Positions 53,298 through 62,784 are shown, counted from the first letter of the stretch. The stretch is DNA of 64,000 bases from an uncultured Dehalococcoidia bacterium (GCA_964347975.1 CAYGAY010000007.1:11066-75065); one strand, 5' to 3'. Notes: generated by a model not told the origin, from the letters alone. Program-made: numbers and translations.

Positions 53298-54704
53298 CTA
53301 CGCCCGCTGGAATTCGTGGGTTGACGCCACCATCTGCAATACCTCGGCAATGCGGGCGGCGCCGGCGCCGCCGGCCACCGCGGCGAAATCAACCAACTCC
53401 CGACGGGTGTCCTCGGAGACCGTGATTACGCCCACCTGATCCAGGCAGGCGTCCACCAGCAGTTCGGGAGAGGCGGCCGACGGGTTTCCGGCGATGCGTT
53501 CCACCATAGCGCTGACGCCCGGCTTGGCGACGTCGCCCAACTGCTGAGAGGCGAAGTTGACGCGTTCCACCAACGAACCGGTATCGATCCAGTCGGTGCC
53601 CTGGTGCCATCCTTCCACGCTGGGCGGGTTGTTGAGGAACTGGCCCATGAATATGGCCTGCTGATAGCGCTCCAGTATCTCCTTGCGGGGCCGGTCGAAC
53701 TCGCCGGTCAGGCGCAGCACGCCGGCTACCAGCTCCACCGGGCTCTTCACCTTGCGATACCAGACCGCCGGGTCCTTGAAGAAATCGGAGTTGAACAGGG
53801 TGCGCAGCATGGCGCTGGTGTCGTAGCCGCTTTCGAAGTACGCCTGAACCAGGATGTCAATGGCCGCCGCGTCCTGCGGCTCAGTGTAGGGCCAGTCCGG
53901 CACCGGCGGTTCGTCGGCCACGAAGAAGCTGTACAGATGGCGCGAGATGAACCGGGCGGTGGCTTCCTGCCGGCAGATGATATCCACGATATCGTTGCCG
54001 TTGAACGCGCCTCGCTGACCCAGGAATTCCTTTTCGCCGAAGTCGTGGTCATCCTCCTGGAACTCGAAGTGCCAGGATATCCGGCCATAGGGCCAGTCGG
54101 AGTCCCGCATGGAGCGCAGCTCCATGTATTCCCGGTTGCCCAGGGTCCAGCCGGTGAAGGCGCGGGCGCACTCCTGAACGTCCTGCTCGGTGTAGTTGCC
54201 CACGCCCATGGAGAACAGTTCCAGCAATTCGCGCCCGTAGTTTTCGTTGATGGCGTCCTTGTGGTTGTCCTGGTTGTCCAGCCAGATGATCATGGCCGGA
54301 TCCCGGGACAGTTCCACCAGCAAGTCCCGGAAACTGCCCATGCCCCGGTACCGGAACATACGGACCTGATCGGACAGGGCCTTGCCGTGGATGACCTTGG
54401 GATAGCCGGTGGCGAAGATGCCATGCCAGAACAGGGCGACCTTCTCCCGAAGGGGCGTGGTGGTCGTCGCCATCCGGTACAGCCAGTTCTCCCCGGAACC
54501 CAGCGTGCCCATCATGCCGGACAGCTCGGGATGGAACCGCCGGATGAGGTCGTCGCCCATGCGCCCCTCGGCGCTCTGGTCCAGCAACTGCTCCACCGTC
54601 GCCTCGTATCCCTGGGCGGCCAGGGTTTCCAGCTGCTCACGGGTCGCGCCGAAGCCGGCCCGGCGCATCAGGTGCGCGATAAGTTCAATGTCTTGGTTTG
54701 CCAT
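53298..54704 (-). CDS. DUF1800 protein
   Basis: AHLMRRAGFGATREQLETLAAQGYEATVEQLLD N-terminal signature. It is the usual partner of DUF1501. Confidence 0.75.
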   Translation of the reverse strand: MANQDIELIAHLMRRAGFGATREQLETLAAQGYEATVEQLLDQSAEGRMGDDLIRRFHPELSGMMGTLGSGENWLYRMATTTTPLREKVALFWHGIFATGYPKVIHGKALSDQVRMFRYRGMGSFRDLLVELSRDPAMIIWLDNQDNHKDAINENYGRELLELFSMGVGNYTEQDVQECARAFTGWTLGNREYMELRSMRDSDWPYGRISWHFEFQEDDHDFGEKEFLGQRGAFNGNDIVDIICRQEATARFISRHLYSFFVADEPPVPDWPYTEPQDAAAIDILVQAYFESGYDTSAMLRTLFNSDFFKDPAVWYRKVKSPVELVAGVLRLTGEFDRPRKEILERYQQAIFMGQFLNNPPSVEGWHQGTDWIDTGSLVERVNFASQQLGDVAKPGVSAMVERIAGNPSAASPELLVDACLDQVGVITVSEDTRRELVDFAAVAGGAGAARIAEVLQMVASTHEFQRA

Positions 54705-54717
54705 AACTCTTACCCCC

Positions 54718-54840
54718 GGTCATTGCGAGCGCAGCGTGGCAATCTCGTCGATGTAACAAGTGCGTCAGGGCACGGCTGGCAAGTATTAGAACAGGATTGC
54801 CGGATTTGTGAAAAATCGGGCTGCGCTCCTCGCAACGACA
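54718..54840. repeat. palindromic repeat family A, short form (terminal arms degenerate)
   Basis: ggtcattgcgagcgcagcgtggcaatctcg...ggattgccggatttgtgaaaaatcgggctgcgctcctcgcaacgac. Confidence 0.75.
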
Positions 54841-54873
54841 TTGTCGGAATGGTCTAACTCCCTTGCCGATGGC

Positions 54874-56475
54874 CTAACTCCCTTGCAGAATAAACTCGGA
54901 GACCCGTTCCCCAATCATCATCGTCGTGACGTTGGTGTTGGCGCGGATGCAGTCGGGCATGATGGAAGCGTCCACCACGCGGATGTTTTCCAGGCCCCTG
55001 ACGCGACCGTACTGGTCAACCACGGCCATGGGGTCCGAAGCCGGCCCCATCTTGCAAGTGCAGGAAATGTGCTGTGCCGTGGAGACGTTGCTGCGCAGCC
55101 AGTGGTCCAGGGCTGCATCGGATTCGAGGTCCGAGTCCAGCGGTTCAGTCCGCTCCACGATGATGTCGGCGAAGTCGCTGTGATTGCCCAGTTCCACGGC
55201 GATGCGCACGCCGTCCCGCAGCCGTTTCCGGTCGAACTCTTCCTGGAGGTAGTTGTAATCGAGATAAGGCTGATCGTGAGGATCGGTGGACTGAAGCCGC
55301 AACTCGCCGGCCCCCACGGCCAGGTAGATGGAAACCGATGCGCGGATGCCCAGGGGCTCCATACGACTCCCGCCCCGGATCACCTGCTCGGTGGCAAAGG
55401 ACGAGAAAATCATAATCATGTCGTTGCGCAGGTCGGAGCCTTCGGCGGTGTACTTCAGGCACGTTTGGATCCGGGGCGCGAAACCGTCCAGATCAAACCC
55501 CGGCCTGGTGCGCCAGGTGACGGGAACGATGGGGTGGTCGCGAAGGTTCTGGCCCACGCCCGGGCTGTCGTGCACCACCGGTATGCCCAGGCTGCGCAGG
55601 TGGTCGGCGGGACCAACGCCGGAGAGCATGAGCAATTGCGGAGAGGCGATTGCGCCGCCGCTGAGGATGATCTGACCGCCTGCCACGGTGAAGACTTCGC
55701 CGCCGCTTTCCACCACCACCCCGGTGGCCCGGTTGCCGTCGAATATGACGCGATGCACGGTGCAATTGGGGCGCAGGGTGAAGTTCAGGCGGTGCCGCGC
55801 CAGGTCGAGATAACCGAGAGCGGTGCTCCAGCGGATGCCGTTGGGATTGTTGAACGGCGTGGGGCCGATGCCCGTGGAATCGGGGCTGTTGTGGTCGTCG
55901 GTATGCGGGAAACCGTAGGCCCGGGCGGCATTGTAGAAAGCGTGCTGCGCCGGGAGCCATTCCTCCCGTTTGAAGCGGCGGGCGATGATGGGGCCGTCGT
56001 TGCCGTGGAAGTCGTCGGAGAAGTCGGTGTCAGTTTCCAGGCGGCGGAAGCAGCCCAGCAGGTTCTGGAAGCTCCACTGGTCGTTGCCCATGGCGGCCCA
56101 ACCGTCATAGTCTTCCGGGACGCCCCGCAGGAACATCTGGCCGTTGATGGCGCTGGAGCCGCCGGTTACCCTGCCGCGGGGCACCATGATCTCCGGGTTC
56201 TCGGCGGTGCCGTGGCCGGTGAACTGCCAGTTGTGGTCGCTGGTCATCACGTCGGTGGCGGTGGCATAACCAAACTTCACCTCGTCGGGCAGGTGTTCAA
56301 TGTTCGGATAGTCCGGCCCGGCTTCCAGCAGCAGCACCGACCGGCTGGGGTCTTCGCTCAAGCGGGTGGCGACGATGGAGCCGGCAGAGCCGGCTCCGAT
56401 GACGATTACATCGTACTTCACAACGTTCCTCCTAATATCAGGAGCGTGCAGCCGCAGATTTGCGGATTTCCGCAA
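54874..56475 (-). CDS. GMC-family oxidoreductase (choline dehydrogenase-like)
   Basis: YDVIVIGAGSAGSIVATRLSEDPSRSVLLLEAGPD and the C-terminal HISCTCKMG. Confidence 0.85.
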   Translation of the reverse strand: MRKSANLRLHAPDIRRNVVKYDVIVIGAGSAGSIVATRLSEDPSRSVLLLEAGPDYPNIEHLPDEVKFGYATATDVMTSDHNWQFTGHGTAENPEIMVPRGRVTGGSSAINGQMFLRGVPEDYDGWAAMGNDQWSFQNLLGCFRRLETDTDFSDDFHGNDGPIIARRFKREEWLPAQHAFYNAARAYGFPHTDDHNSPDSTGIGPTPFNNPNGIRWSTALGYLDLARHRLNFTLRPNCTVHRVIFDGNRATGVVVESGGEVFTVAGGQIILSGGAIASPQLLMLSGVGPADHLRSLGIPVVHDSPGVGQNLRDHPIVPVTWRTRPGFDLDGFAPRIQTCLKYTAEGSDLRNDMIMIFSSFATEQVIRGGSRMEPLGIRASVSIYLAVGAGELRLQSTDPHDQPYLDYNYLQEEFDRKRLRDGVRIAVELGNHSDFADIIVERTEPLDSDLESDAALDHWLRSNVSTAQHISCTCKMGPASDPMAVVDQYGRVRGLENIRVVDASIMPDCIRANTNVTTMMIGERVSEFILQGS

Positions 56476-56531
56476 TCATACTGGAAACAGCGCGGCAATT
56501 CCAGTTTGCCGGCGTAAGGCAATCGCTTCAT

Positions 56532-56583
56532 AGACTACACACCCGCCACTCCTGCTTCCGCAGGAGTGGCGGGTGTGTAGTCT
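56532..56583. other. 24-bp perfect inverted repeat (hairpin)
   Basis: agactacacacccgccactcctgc-ttcc-gcaggagtggcgggtgtgtagtct, between the ykgJ-like gene and the GMC oxidoreductase start. No U-tract. Confidence 0.8.
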
Positions 56584-56733
56584 GCTCTATTTGAGGAAAC
56601 GGAGAGGTGACTAACGAATTTGTATGATAGTGCTATTCACATCCCCCGCTATTAGGGGGCAATATGGCAAAAGTGAACCTGTACGCCGGTGGCCGCCTCA
56701 AAGCCGCGGCGCCGATATTGGGACGGACGCCGG

Positions 56734-57066
56734 TTACGGCGTGATCCACTCCGAGATGGCGCAGCCGGGTTCCCGCTTGCGAGGGAACTCGCGGCAGACC
56801 CGCGGGCGCGCGTCATAAATTCGACAGGCCGAGGTGTCCGGATCAAGCATGGGGCAATGCTCTCCAGGCTGGTCCAGGAACAGCACGTTTCCCCCGCCGT
56901 CGGCGGCGCGATTGACCCTTGCCTCCGTACCCAATCCCGCCGCCGACCGGTAGAAACCGGTCACTTCGTCCGGATCCAGCCGCAGGATGATGGGACCGCG
57001 GCAGCACATGGCCCGGCATTCATCCATGCAGATGCGGCTGGCGACTTCCGGATTGAGGCGGAGCAT
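56734..57066 (-). CDS. YkgJ-family cysteine-cluster protein
   Basis: CMDECRAMCC ... CPML ... CRIYDARPRVCREFP. Confidence 0.7.
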   Translation of the reverse strand: MLRLNPEVASRICMDECRAMCCRGPIILRLDPDEVTGFYRSAAGLGTEARVNRAADGGGNVLFLDQPGEHCPMLDPDTSACRIYDARPRVCREFPRKREPGCAISEWITP

Positions 57067-57125
57067 TGGTCCGAATTGCGAAACCGGCGCGGGCAGTGAC
57101 GAATGATTATTCGCCCCGACCCGGG

Positions 57126-57470
57126 TTACTTCCCGTCGTCGATGCTGACGGTGATGATGGCGTTGGCGATCAGCGTGCCGTCGCTGCCGTCCTCGTTGAG
57201 CAGTTCCAGGCCGCCCACCACGACGTCCACGTTGGCCCGACCGTGAGGCAGCGAGTCGGCCACTTCGTCGGCGTTGACCTGATCGGGCCGGGGCGCGCCG
57301 ATGGTCACGTTGACCGTCATATCGTCGGCGGTCGCTCCCACGAGGCGGGTGAATCCGAGGCTGCTGTGGTGGATGGCGTCAAAGACGGCGCGCTTGGCGG
57401 CCAGCGTGTAATCCAGGCCGTGAACGTCCACGCCCATGCCCATTTCGGTAACGCAACGTACGAGAGCCAT
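57126..57470 (-). CDS. Lin0512-family protein
   Basis: TEMGMGVDVHGLDYTLAAKRAVFDAIHHSSL matches the E.GMG.D.HGQD.T.AA.RAV..AI signature as I recall it. Confidence 0.6.
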   Translation of the reverse strand: MALVRCVTEMGMGVDVHGLDYTLAAKRAVFDAIHHSSLGFTRLVGATADDMTVNVTIGAPRPDQVNADEVADSLPHGRANVDVVVGGLELLNEDGSDGTLIANAIITVSIDDGK

Positions 57471-57635
57471 GTCGTATCCTCCTGACCGCTCGGTTCGGTT
57501 GTCTTCTACAGGGTTTCACGTTGGCCGACACAACCGCCGGCCGCGTTGTTCGAGCCATTTAACGGCAGCGGGCGTAGCGAGTCAAGCAGCGCCGGGCCGA
57601 CTTATCGCAGAGACGCAGAGGATATTGTACCGCCT

Positions 57636-57644
57636 TGCTATAAT
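57636..57644 (+). promoter_or_regulatory. possible extended -10 element immediately upstream of modA (leaderless or near-leaderless mRNA)
   Basis: TGcTATAAT at 57636-57644, with ATG at 57654 only 10 nt downstream. No Shine-Dalgarno sequence lies between them. Confidence 0.35.
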
Positions 57645-57653
57645 GCGCCGGCG

Positions 57654-58532
57654 ATGATTTCCCCGATGTTTTCGCTAGCCGCCGTCTTGCTGGTCGGGAT
57701 GCTTGCCGCCCTCGGGTGCGCGGCGTCTGCTACCATTGACAGCCACAGTTCCGGCCCCACCGTGACCGTCTTCGCCGCGTCGTCGTTGGCTGAATCCCTG
57801 CCGGCGGTCGCCGACGCTTTCGAGGCTGAGCATCCTGACGTGAGCGTGGTTTTCAACTTCGCGGGCAGCCAGACCCTGCGCACCCAGCTGGAGCACGGCG
57901 CCGCCGCCGACGTGTTCGCATCGGCCAACTGGGAGCACATGGCGTCGGTCAAGCGGGCGGAACTGCTGGGGAACACTCCGGAATACTTCGCCGCCAACCG
58001 CCTGGTGGTAGCGACGCCAGCCGGATCGACCGCCGTGCCAACCCTGGAGGACCTGGCCGGCGCCGGCGTCAGTATCGCCGTGGCCGCCCCGGAGTCGCCG
58101 GCCGGCGCCTACACGCGCAATGCCCTGGACCTGATGGCTGCCTCGCCCGATTTTCCGGACGACTTCGCCGCTGCGGTACTGGACAACGTGGTCACCAACG
58201 AGACCAACGTGCGAGCCGTGGCTCAGAAGGTGGCGCTGGGAGAAGTGGACGCCGGCCTGATATACGAGACCGACGCGGCGGCGGGCCAATACGCCGGGGC
58301 GTTCCGCCTCATCGAGATACCGCTCCGGTTCAACCCGGCGGCGCAGTATCCGATTGCGTCGCTGGCGACGGCGGTTCATCCGGAGGTTGTCCAGGCGTTC
58401 ATCGCCTTTATCCAGAGCGATGCCGGGCAGGCCATCCTGAGGGATCACGGATTCGCTCCTCCGGCCAACGTCGCCTGTCCCTGCGGCAAGGCGAGATTCG
58501 ACGTGGCATCCGTCGCTGCACCGAAGCCGTAA
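57654..58532 (+). CDS. modA: molybdate ABC transporter substrate-binding protein
   Basis: Lipoprotein-like signal MISPMFSLAAVLLVGMLAALGCAAS, then VTVFAASSL...NFAGSQTL...DVFASAN. Confidence 0.85.
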   Translation: MISPMFSLAAVLLVGMLAALGCAASATIDSHSSGPTVTVFAASSLAESLPAVADAFEAEHPDVSVVFNFAGSQTLRTQLEHGAAADVFASANWEHMASVKRAELLGNTPEYFAANRLVVATPAGSTAVPTLEDLAGAGVSIAVAAPESPAGAYTRNALDLMAASPDFPDDFAAAVLDNVVTNETNVRAVAQKVALGEVDAGLIYETDAAAGQYAGAFRLIEIPLRFNPAAQYPIASLATAVHPEVVQAFIAFIQSDAGQAILRDHGFAPPANVACPCGKARFDVASVAAPKP

Positions 58533-58534
58533 GA

Positions 58535-59380
58535 ATGCTTGTGAGATTCCTGCGCCGGGGGCGGAAGGCGGGTCGCCCAACCGAAACCTCGCTGGGGGCG
58601 CTGGCTCCGGCCGGTACGGCGGCGACGGTCATCTACGTCTTGTTCATTGGGTTGCCGGTGGCGGCGCTGCTGGTGCGGGCCGGGCAGCAGGATGGGTTCC
58701 TGGCCGGATTGTCCGGTGACCTGGTGTTGCAGGCGCTGCGCGTTACGGTCGTGACCAGCGTCATCAGCCTGGCCATCGTGGTGGTGGTGGGCACTCCATT
58801 TGCGCTGCTGTTGGCCCGGCGCAAGTCGCCGGCGCTGCGGGTGATCGACACCTTTGTCGAATTGCCCATCGTATTGCCCCCGGTGGTGGCCGGCGTGGCG
58901 ATGCTGATGGCTTTCGGACGCAACGGCCTGCTGGGGCCGGCGTTGGCCGGCGTCGGGATAACGCTGCCGTTCACCACGGCGGCAGTGATATTCGCCCAGA
59001 TTTTCGTGGCCGCGCCTTTCTACATCCGGGCGGCGCGGATCGGCTTCGCCGCCGTTGACCCGGCATACGAAGAGGTCTCGCAGACGCTGGGGGTTTCGCC
59101 CTGGGCCACCTTCTGGCGATTGACGCTCCCCGTGGCCTGGCCGTCCCTGCTGACCGGCGTTACGCTGGCCTGGGCGCGGGCCGTGTCGGAGTTCGGAGCG
59201 ACGATCATGTTCGCCGGCAACCTGACCGGACGCACCCAGACCATGCCGTTGGCGATAATGACCGCGATGGAGTCCAGCCTGGGCGCTGCGCTGGCGCTGG
59301 CGGTGCTGCTGCTGGCGATGTCGGCGCTGGCGCTGGCCGCCTTAAGCGCGCTGCTGCGCCGACCGGGCGCGCCGGCATGA
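58535..59380 (+). CDS. modB: molybdate ABC transporter permease
   Basis: EAA-loop-type region SQTLGVSPWATFWRLTLP and multiple TM segments. The true start may be internal. Confidence 0.85.
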   Translation: MLVRFLRRGRKAGRPTETSLGALAPAGTAATVIYVLFIGLPVAALLVRAGQQDGFLAGLSGDLVLQALRVTVVTSVISLAIVVVVGTPFALLLARRKSPALRVIDTFVELPIVLPPVVAGVAMLMAFGRNGLLGPALAGVGITLPFTTAAVIFAQIFVAAPFYIRAARIGFAAVDPAYEEVSQTLGVSPWATFWRLTLPVAWPSLLTGVTLAWARAVSEFGATIMFAGNLTGRTQTMPLAIMTAMESSLGAALALAVLLLAMSALALAALSALLRRPGAPA

Positions 59381-60510
59381 CGGAACAAACTGGCGCGGCG
59401 GCGTTTGGCCGGTTTGCGGTGGGCTTGGGCGCCTTCCGCCTGGAGTTGTCCTTCAGTGTGGCGGCGGGCGATGTCCTGGTGCTGTTCGGGCCCTCCGGAG
59501 CGGGCAAGACCACGGCGTTGCGGGCCATCGCCGGCCTGGCCCGGCCCGACGACGGTCATATCGCCATCGCGGGGCGGACCGTTTTTGCGGCGCCGGATTT
59601 TCGGGATAATCCCGGCGCCGAACCGGATGAAATTTGGGTGCCGCCGCACCGGCGCGGGGTGGGCTACGTGACCCAGCAGAACCATTTGTTTCCTCATCTA
59701 ACGGTGCTGTGGAACATTGCCTACGGGCTGCGGGACCGGCGCGGAGCGTCGGCGCAAAGACGGGTGGCCGAGTTGATTGACCGCCTACGACTGAAGGGCC
59801 TGGAAGAACGTCAGGTCTGGCAGCTATCGGGCGGGCAACAGCAGCGGACGGCATTGGCCCGGGCGTTGGCGCCATCGCCCGACCTGCTGCTGCTGGACGA
59901 ACCCTTCGCCGCGCTGGACATGGAACTGCGCCGGGAGTTGGGCGCGGAACTGCGGACGACAGTGCGGCAGCTGGACGTGCCGGTGATCATGGTGACCCAC
60001 AGCCGCGAGGAAGCGTTGGCGCTGGGAGACGTGGTGCAGATAATTGACGCCGGGCGGACGGTGGCCGTGGGGCCCCCTTTGACGGCGCTGGAGCAGCCGG
60101 GCCGAGGCCGGGTGGCGCGGCTGGTGGGTGTGGAGAACCTGCTGGAAATGCGGGTCGCCGCCCGGCTGCCCCAGGACGGGACGATGGTATGCGACGCGGG
60201 AGGGCATTCATTGGAGACGCCCCTGGCCGACGGGTGCGCGGTGGGGGACACCGTAACCGTGGGGGTACGGGCGTCCGACATCATCCTGGCGTCGGGGCCG
60301 CTGCCGCAGTCATCGGCGCGCAACACCTGGGCCGGCGCCGTTTCCGCCGTAACGCTGCGTCCGCCGGGCTATGAGGTGGCGCTGGATTGTGGCGGCATCG
60401 TGTTGCGGTGCCACATAACGGGGGCGTCCCTGGAGTCGATGAGCATTGCGCCGGGTATGCCCCTGTGGGCGATCTTCAAGGCGTCCTCGTGTTTCCTGCT
60501 GAGCGGGTAA
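59377..60510 (+). CDS. modC: molybdate ABC transporter ATP-binding protein with C-terminal TOBE-like domain
   Basis: Walker A GPSGAGKT, signature LSGGQQQR and Walker B LLLLDEP. It overlaps the modB stop. Confidence 0.85.
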   Translation: MTEQTGAAAFGRFAVGLGAFRLELSFSVAAGDVLVLFGPSGAGKTTALRAIAGLARPDDGHIAIAGRTVFAAPDFRDNPGAEPDEIWVPPHRRGVGYVTQQNHLFPHLTVLWNIAYGLRDRRGASAQRRVAELIDRLRLKGLEERQVWQLSGGQQQRTALARALAPSPDLLLLDEPFAALDMELRRELGAELRTTVRQLDVPVIMVTHSREEALALGDVVQIIDAGRTVAVGPPLTALEQPGRGRVARLVGVENLLEMRVAARLPQDGTMVCDAGGHSLETPLADGCAVGDTVTVGVRASDIILASGPLPQSSARNTWAGAVSAVTLRPPGYEVALDCGGIVLRCHITGASLESMSIAPGMPLWAIFKASSCFLLSG

Positions 60511-60599
60511 GTCCGGTAAGGTTTGGATGGGCCGCAAGGAATTGGGTGATACAATTTGCGCGGTTCAGCAGAGTCTGAAGCGTCGGTTCCGGTCCGCGG

Positions 60600-60633
60600 T
60601 CAATACCCGCGCTCAATACCCGCGATCAATACC
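60600..60633 (+). repeat. three tandem direct repeats of TCAATACC(CGCG) with 13-nt period in the SDR gene 5' region
   Basis: tcaatacccgcg-c-tcaatacccgcg-a-tcaatacc, immediately followed by the AAGGAGA RBS. Confidence 0.8.
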
Positions 60634-60646
60634 AAGGAGAATGAAA

Positions 60647-61438
60647 ATGCCCCGTCTGGAAGGAAAAGTTGCGTTGATCACCGGGGCCACCGGTGGCATC
60701 GGCCGGGCCGCCGCGGCGTTGTTCGCCGACGAGGGCGCGCGGGTGGCGCTGGTTGACCTGGACGAAGGGGCCTTGCAGGAAGTGGCGCGCTCCATCGGCG
60801 AGGACCGGGCCAGTTACACCGCCGCCGACGTGACGCAACCCGACCAGACGCAAGCCTTCGTCAACGCGGCGGTGGAACGCTGGGGCCGCATCGACGTGTT
60901 CCTGGCCAACGCGGGTATTGAAGGCGCTCTGTCATCCATACCCGACTATCCCATCGACGTCTTTGACCGGGTGATGGCCGTCAACGTGCGGGGCGTGTGG
61001 TTGGGCATCAAGTACGTGGTGCCGGTGATGCGGGAACAGGGCGGGGGCAGCATCGTCATTACGTCGTCCACCGCCGGAATCAGCGCAGGGCCGGATATGT
61101 CGGCATACACCACCAGCAAGCACGCGGTCATCGGCCTGATGCGGACCGCCGCCATGGAGGGCGCGCCTTTGGGCATCCGGGTCAATACCGTGAACCCGGC
61201 GCCCATCGAGACGCGCATGATGCGCTCCATCGAGGAGCAGCGGGTCGCGGCGCTGGACGATCCCAATATCACCGTGGCGCAGACTTATCGGGCCACATCG
61301 TCGAGGATTCCGCTGGGACGTTACGGTTACCCCGAGGAAGTGGCCCGGCTCATGCTGTTCCTGGCCAGCGACGACAGCAGCTTCTGCACGGGTGGAGTGT
61401 ACATGGTGGACGGGGGCAGGTCCGCCGGAGGTCGGTAG
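60647..61438 (+). CDS. SDR-family oxidoreductase
   Basis: GKVALITGATGGIGRA, NAG, and the catalytic YTTSKHAV. Confidence 0.85.
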   Translation: MPRLEGKVALITGATGGIGRAAAALFADEGARVALVDLDEGALQEVARSIGEDRASYTAADVTQPDQTQAFVNAAVERWGRIDVFLANAGIEGALSSIPDYPIDVFDRVMAVNVRGVWLGIKYVVPVMREQGGGSIVITSSTAGISAGPDMSAYTTSKHAVIGLMRTAAMEGAPLGIRVNTVNPAPIETRMMRSIEEQRVAALDDPNITVAQTYRATSSRIPLGRYGYPEEVARLMLFLASDDSSFCTGGVYMVDGGRSAGGR

Positions 61439-61510
61439 GCTCCAGATGATGGTTCGGCAGGCTCGCCATGAGTGGATGAGAGATGACGGACGTAAAGGGG
61501 CTCCCACTGC

Positions 61511-61709
61511 GTAAGTCCCATGTCATTGCGACCCCGTACCCCGTGTCAGGCATGGGGCCGGCTTTGATACGGGGGCGGCAATCTCGCCGGCGTAGCAATG
61601 GCCGTTCCGTCAAGGCTCTCGCAACGGAAAGTGGCGACCGCCGGAACGAGATCCCATCGCCCGCCCTATGGCGGTCGTGGAATGACCGGTCAAAGTGGGT
61701 ACGTATGAG
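61511..61709. repeat. palindromic repeat family A, long form
   Basis: Aligns with 7754-7958 and 13490-13690 over about 200 bp. Confidence 0.85.
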
Positions 61710-61722
61710 CCGAATGCTGCGG

Positions 61723-61752
61723 TTGACAGTTTTGCGGTGATGGCAGTAACAT
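61723..61752 (+). promoter_or_regulatory. candidate promoter of the rpsL-rpsG-fusA operon
   Basis: TTGACA (61723-61728), an 18-nt spacer, then TAACAT (61747-61752), about 50 nt upstream of rpsL. Confidence 0.5.
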
Positions 61753-61802
61753 AGTGCCTTGTTGTGTCGGATTCCAGCCGGCACCTTACGAAAGGACGCA
61801 AT

Positions 61803-62213
61803 ATGCCTACGGTTAATCAATTGGTACGCAAGGGGCGCAAGCCAGTGCGCAAGGGGACCAAGGCCCCGGCGTTGCACTGGGTGCAGAACTCGTTGAAGAA
61901 CCGCACCAAGTGGGGTCCGGGCTGTCCGCAGCGTCGCGGTGTCTGTATCCAGGTGCGCACCATGACTCCCAAGAAACCCAACTCCGCCCTGCGGAAGATC
62001 TGTCGAGTGCGGTTGACCAACGGGGTGGAGGTGACGGCATACATCGGTGGCGAAGGCCACAACCTGCAAGAACACTCGGTGGTGCTGATCCGCGGGGGGC
62101 GCGTCAAGGACCTTCCCGGCGTGCGCTACCACGTGGTGCGCAGCAACCTGGACACGGAAGGCGTCAACGGACGCCGCCAGGGTCGCAGCAAATACGGTAC
62201 TCGCCGGAACTAA
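61803..62213 (+). CDS. rpsL: 30S ribosomal protein S12
   Basis: [13 protein letters not shown]...[11 protein letters not shown]...[29 protein letters not shown]. Confidence 0.95.
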   Translation: MPTVNQLVRKGRKPVRKGTKAPALHWVQNSLKNRTKWGPGCPQRRGVCIQVRTMTPKKPNSALRKICRVRLTNGVEVTAYIGGEGHNLQEHSVVLIRGGRVKDLPGVRYHVVRSNLDTEGVNGRRQGRSKYGTRRN

Positions 62214-62313
62214 CCCCGGCCCACCCGGAGAAATACGCTCACGTCACCCCCCCATCGCCGGGGGGTGGCTGACTCTCACAAGCCCGGATCGCCAGATCAA
62301 AGGTAACAACGCC

Positions 62314-62784
62314 ATGTCACGCCGACGCCGCGCCGAACCTCGGGTAATCAAGCCCGACCCGCGCTACAACAACCTGGAACTGGCCAAGTTCATCAACCGG
62401 GTCATGATCAAGGGCAAAAAGTCCACCGCGCAACGGGTCGTGTACGACGCGCTGGAGCTGGTGCGCCAGGACTCCAACCAGGAGCCCCTCGGCGTTTTCT
62501 CCACAGCGCTGCGCAACGCCACGCCCCTGGTGGAAGTGCGGCCCCGTCGCGTGGGCGGCGCAACCTACCAGGTGCCCGTGGAACTCCGCACAACCCGCAG
62601 CGAGGCGCTGGCCATGCGCTGGATAATCCGCGGCGCCCGCGCCCGCAACGGTATGCGAATGGCTCGCGGGCTGGCCAACGAATTCATGGACGCCGCCCGT
62701 GGCGAAGGCTCCGCCGTGCGCCGCAAGGATGAACTGCACCGTATGGCGGAGGCCAACCGCGCTTTCGTACATTACCGCCGCTAG
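62314..62784 (+). CDS. rpsG: 30S ribosomal protein S7
   Basis: MSRRRRAEPRVIKPDPRYNN...VEVRPRRVGGATYQVPVE. Confidence 0.95.
   Translation: MSRRRRAEPRVIKPDPRYNNLELAKFINRVMIKGKKSTAQRVVYDALELVRQDSNQEPLGVFSTALRNATPLVEVRPRRVGGATYQVPVELRTTRSEALAMRWIIRGARARNGMRMARGLANEFMDAARGEGSAVRRKDELHRMAEANRAFVHYRR

Noticed and set aside
56654-56734. 26-codon ORF (MAKVNLYAGGRLKAAAPILGRTPVTA) after a GGGGG stretch.
   Set aside because: - It is very short.
- It runs into the 3' end of the ykgJ-like gene on the other strand.
- It has no conservation evidence or motif.
57103-57118. 15-mer ATGATTATTCGCCCC shared with the loop/stem of the leuA terminator hairpin (3918-3932).
   Set aside because: - There are only two occurrences.
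- The second copy lacks the complementary arm, so it does not form the same hairpin.
- This is insufficient to call a repeat family.
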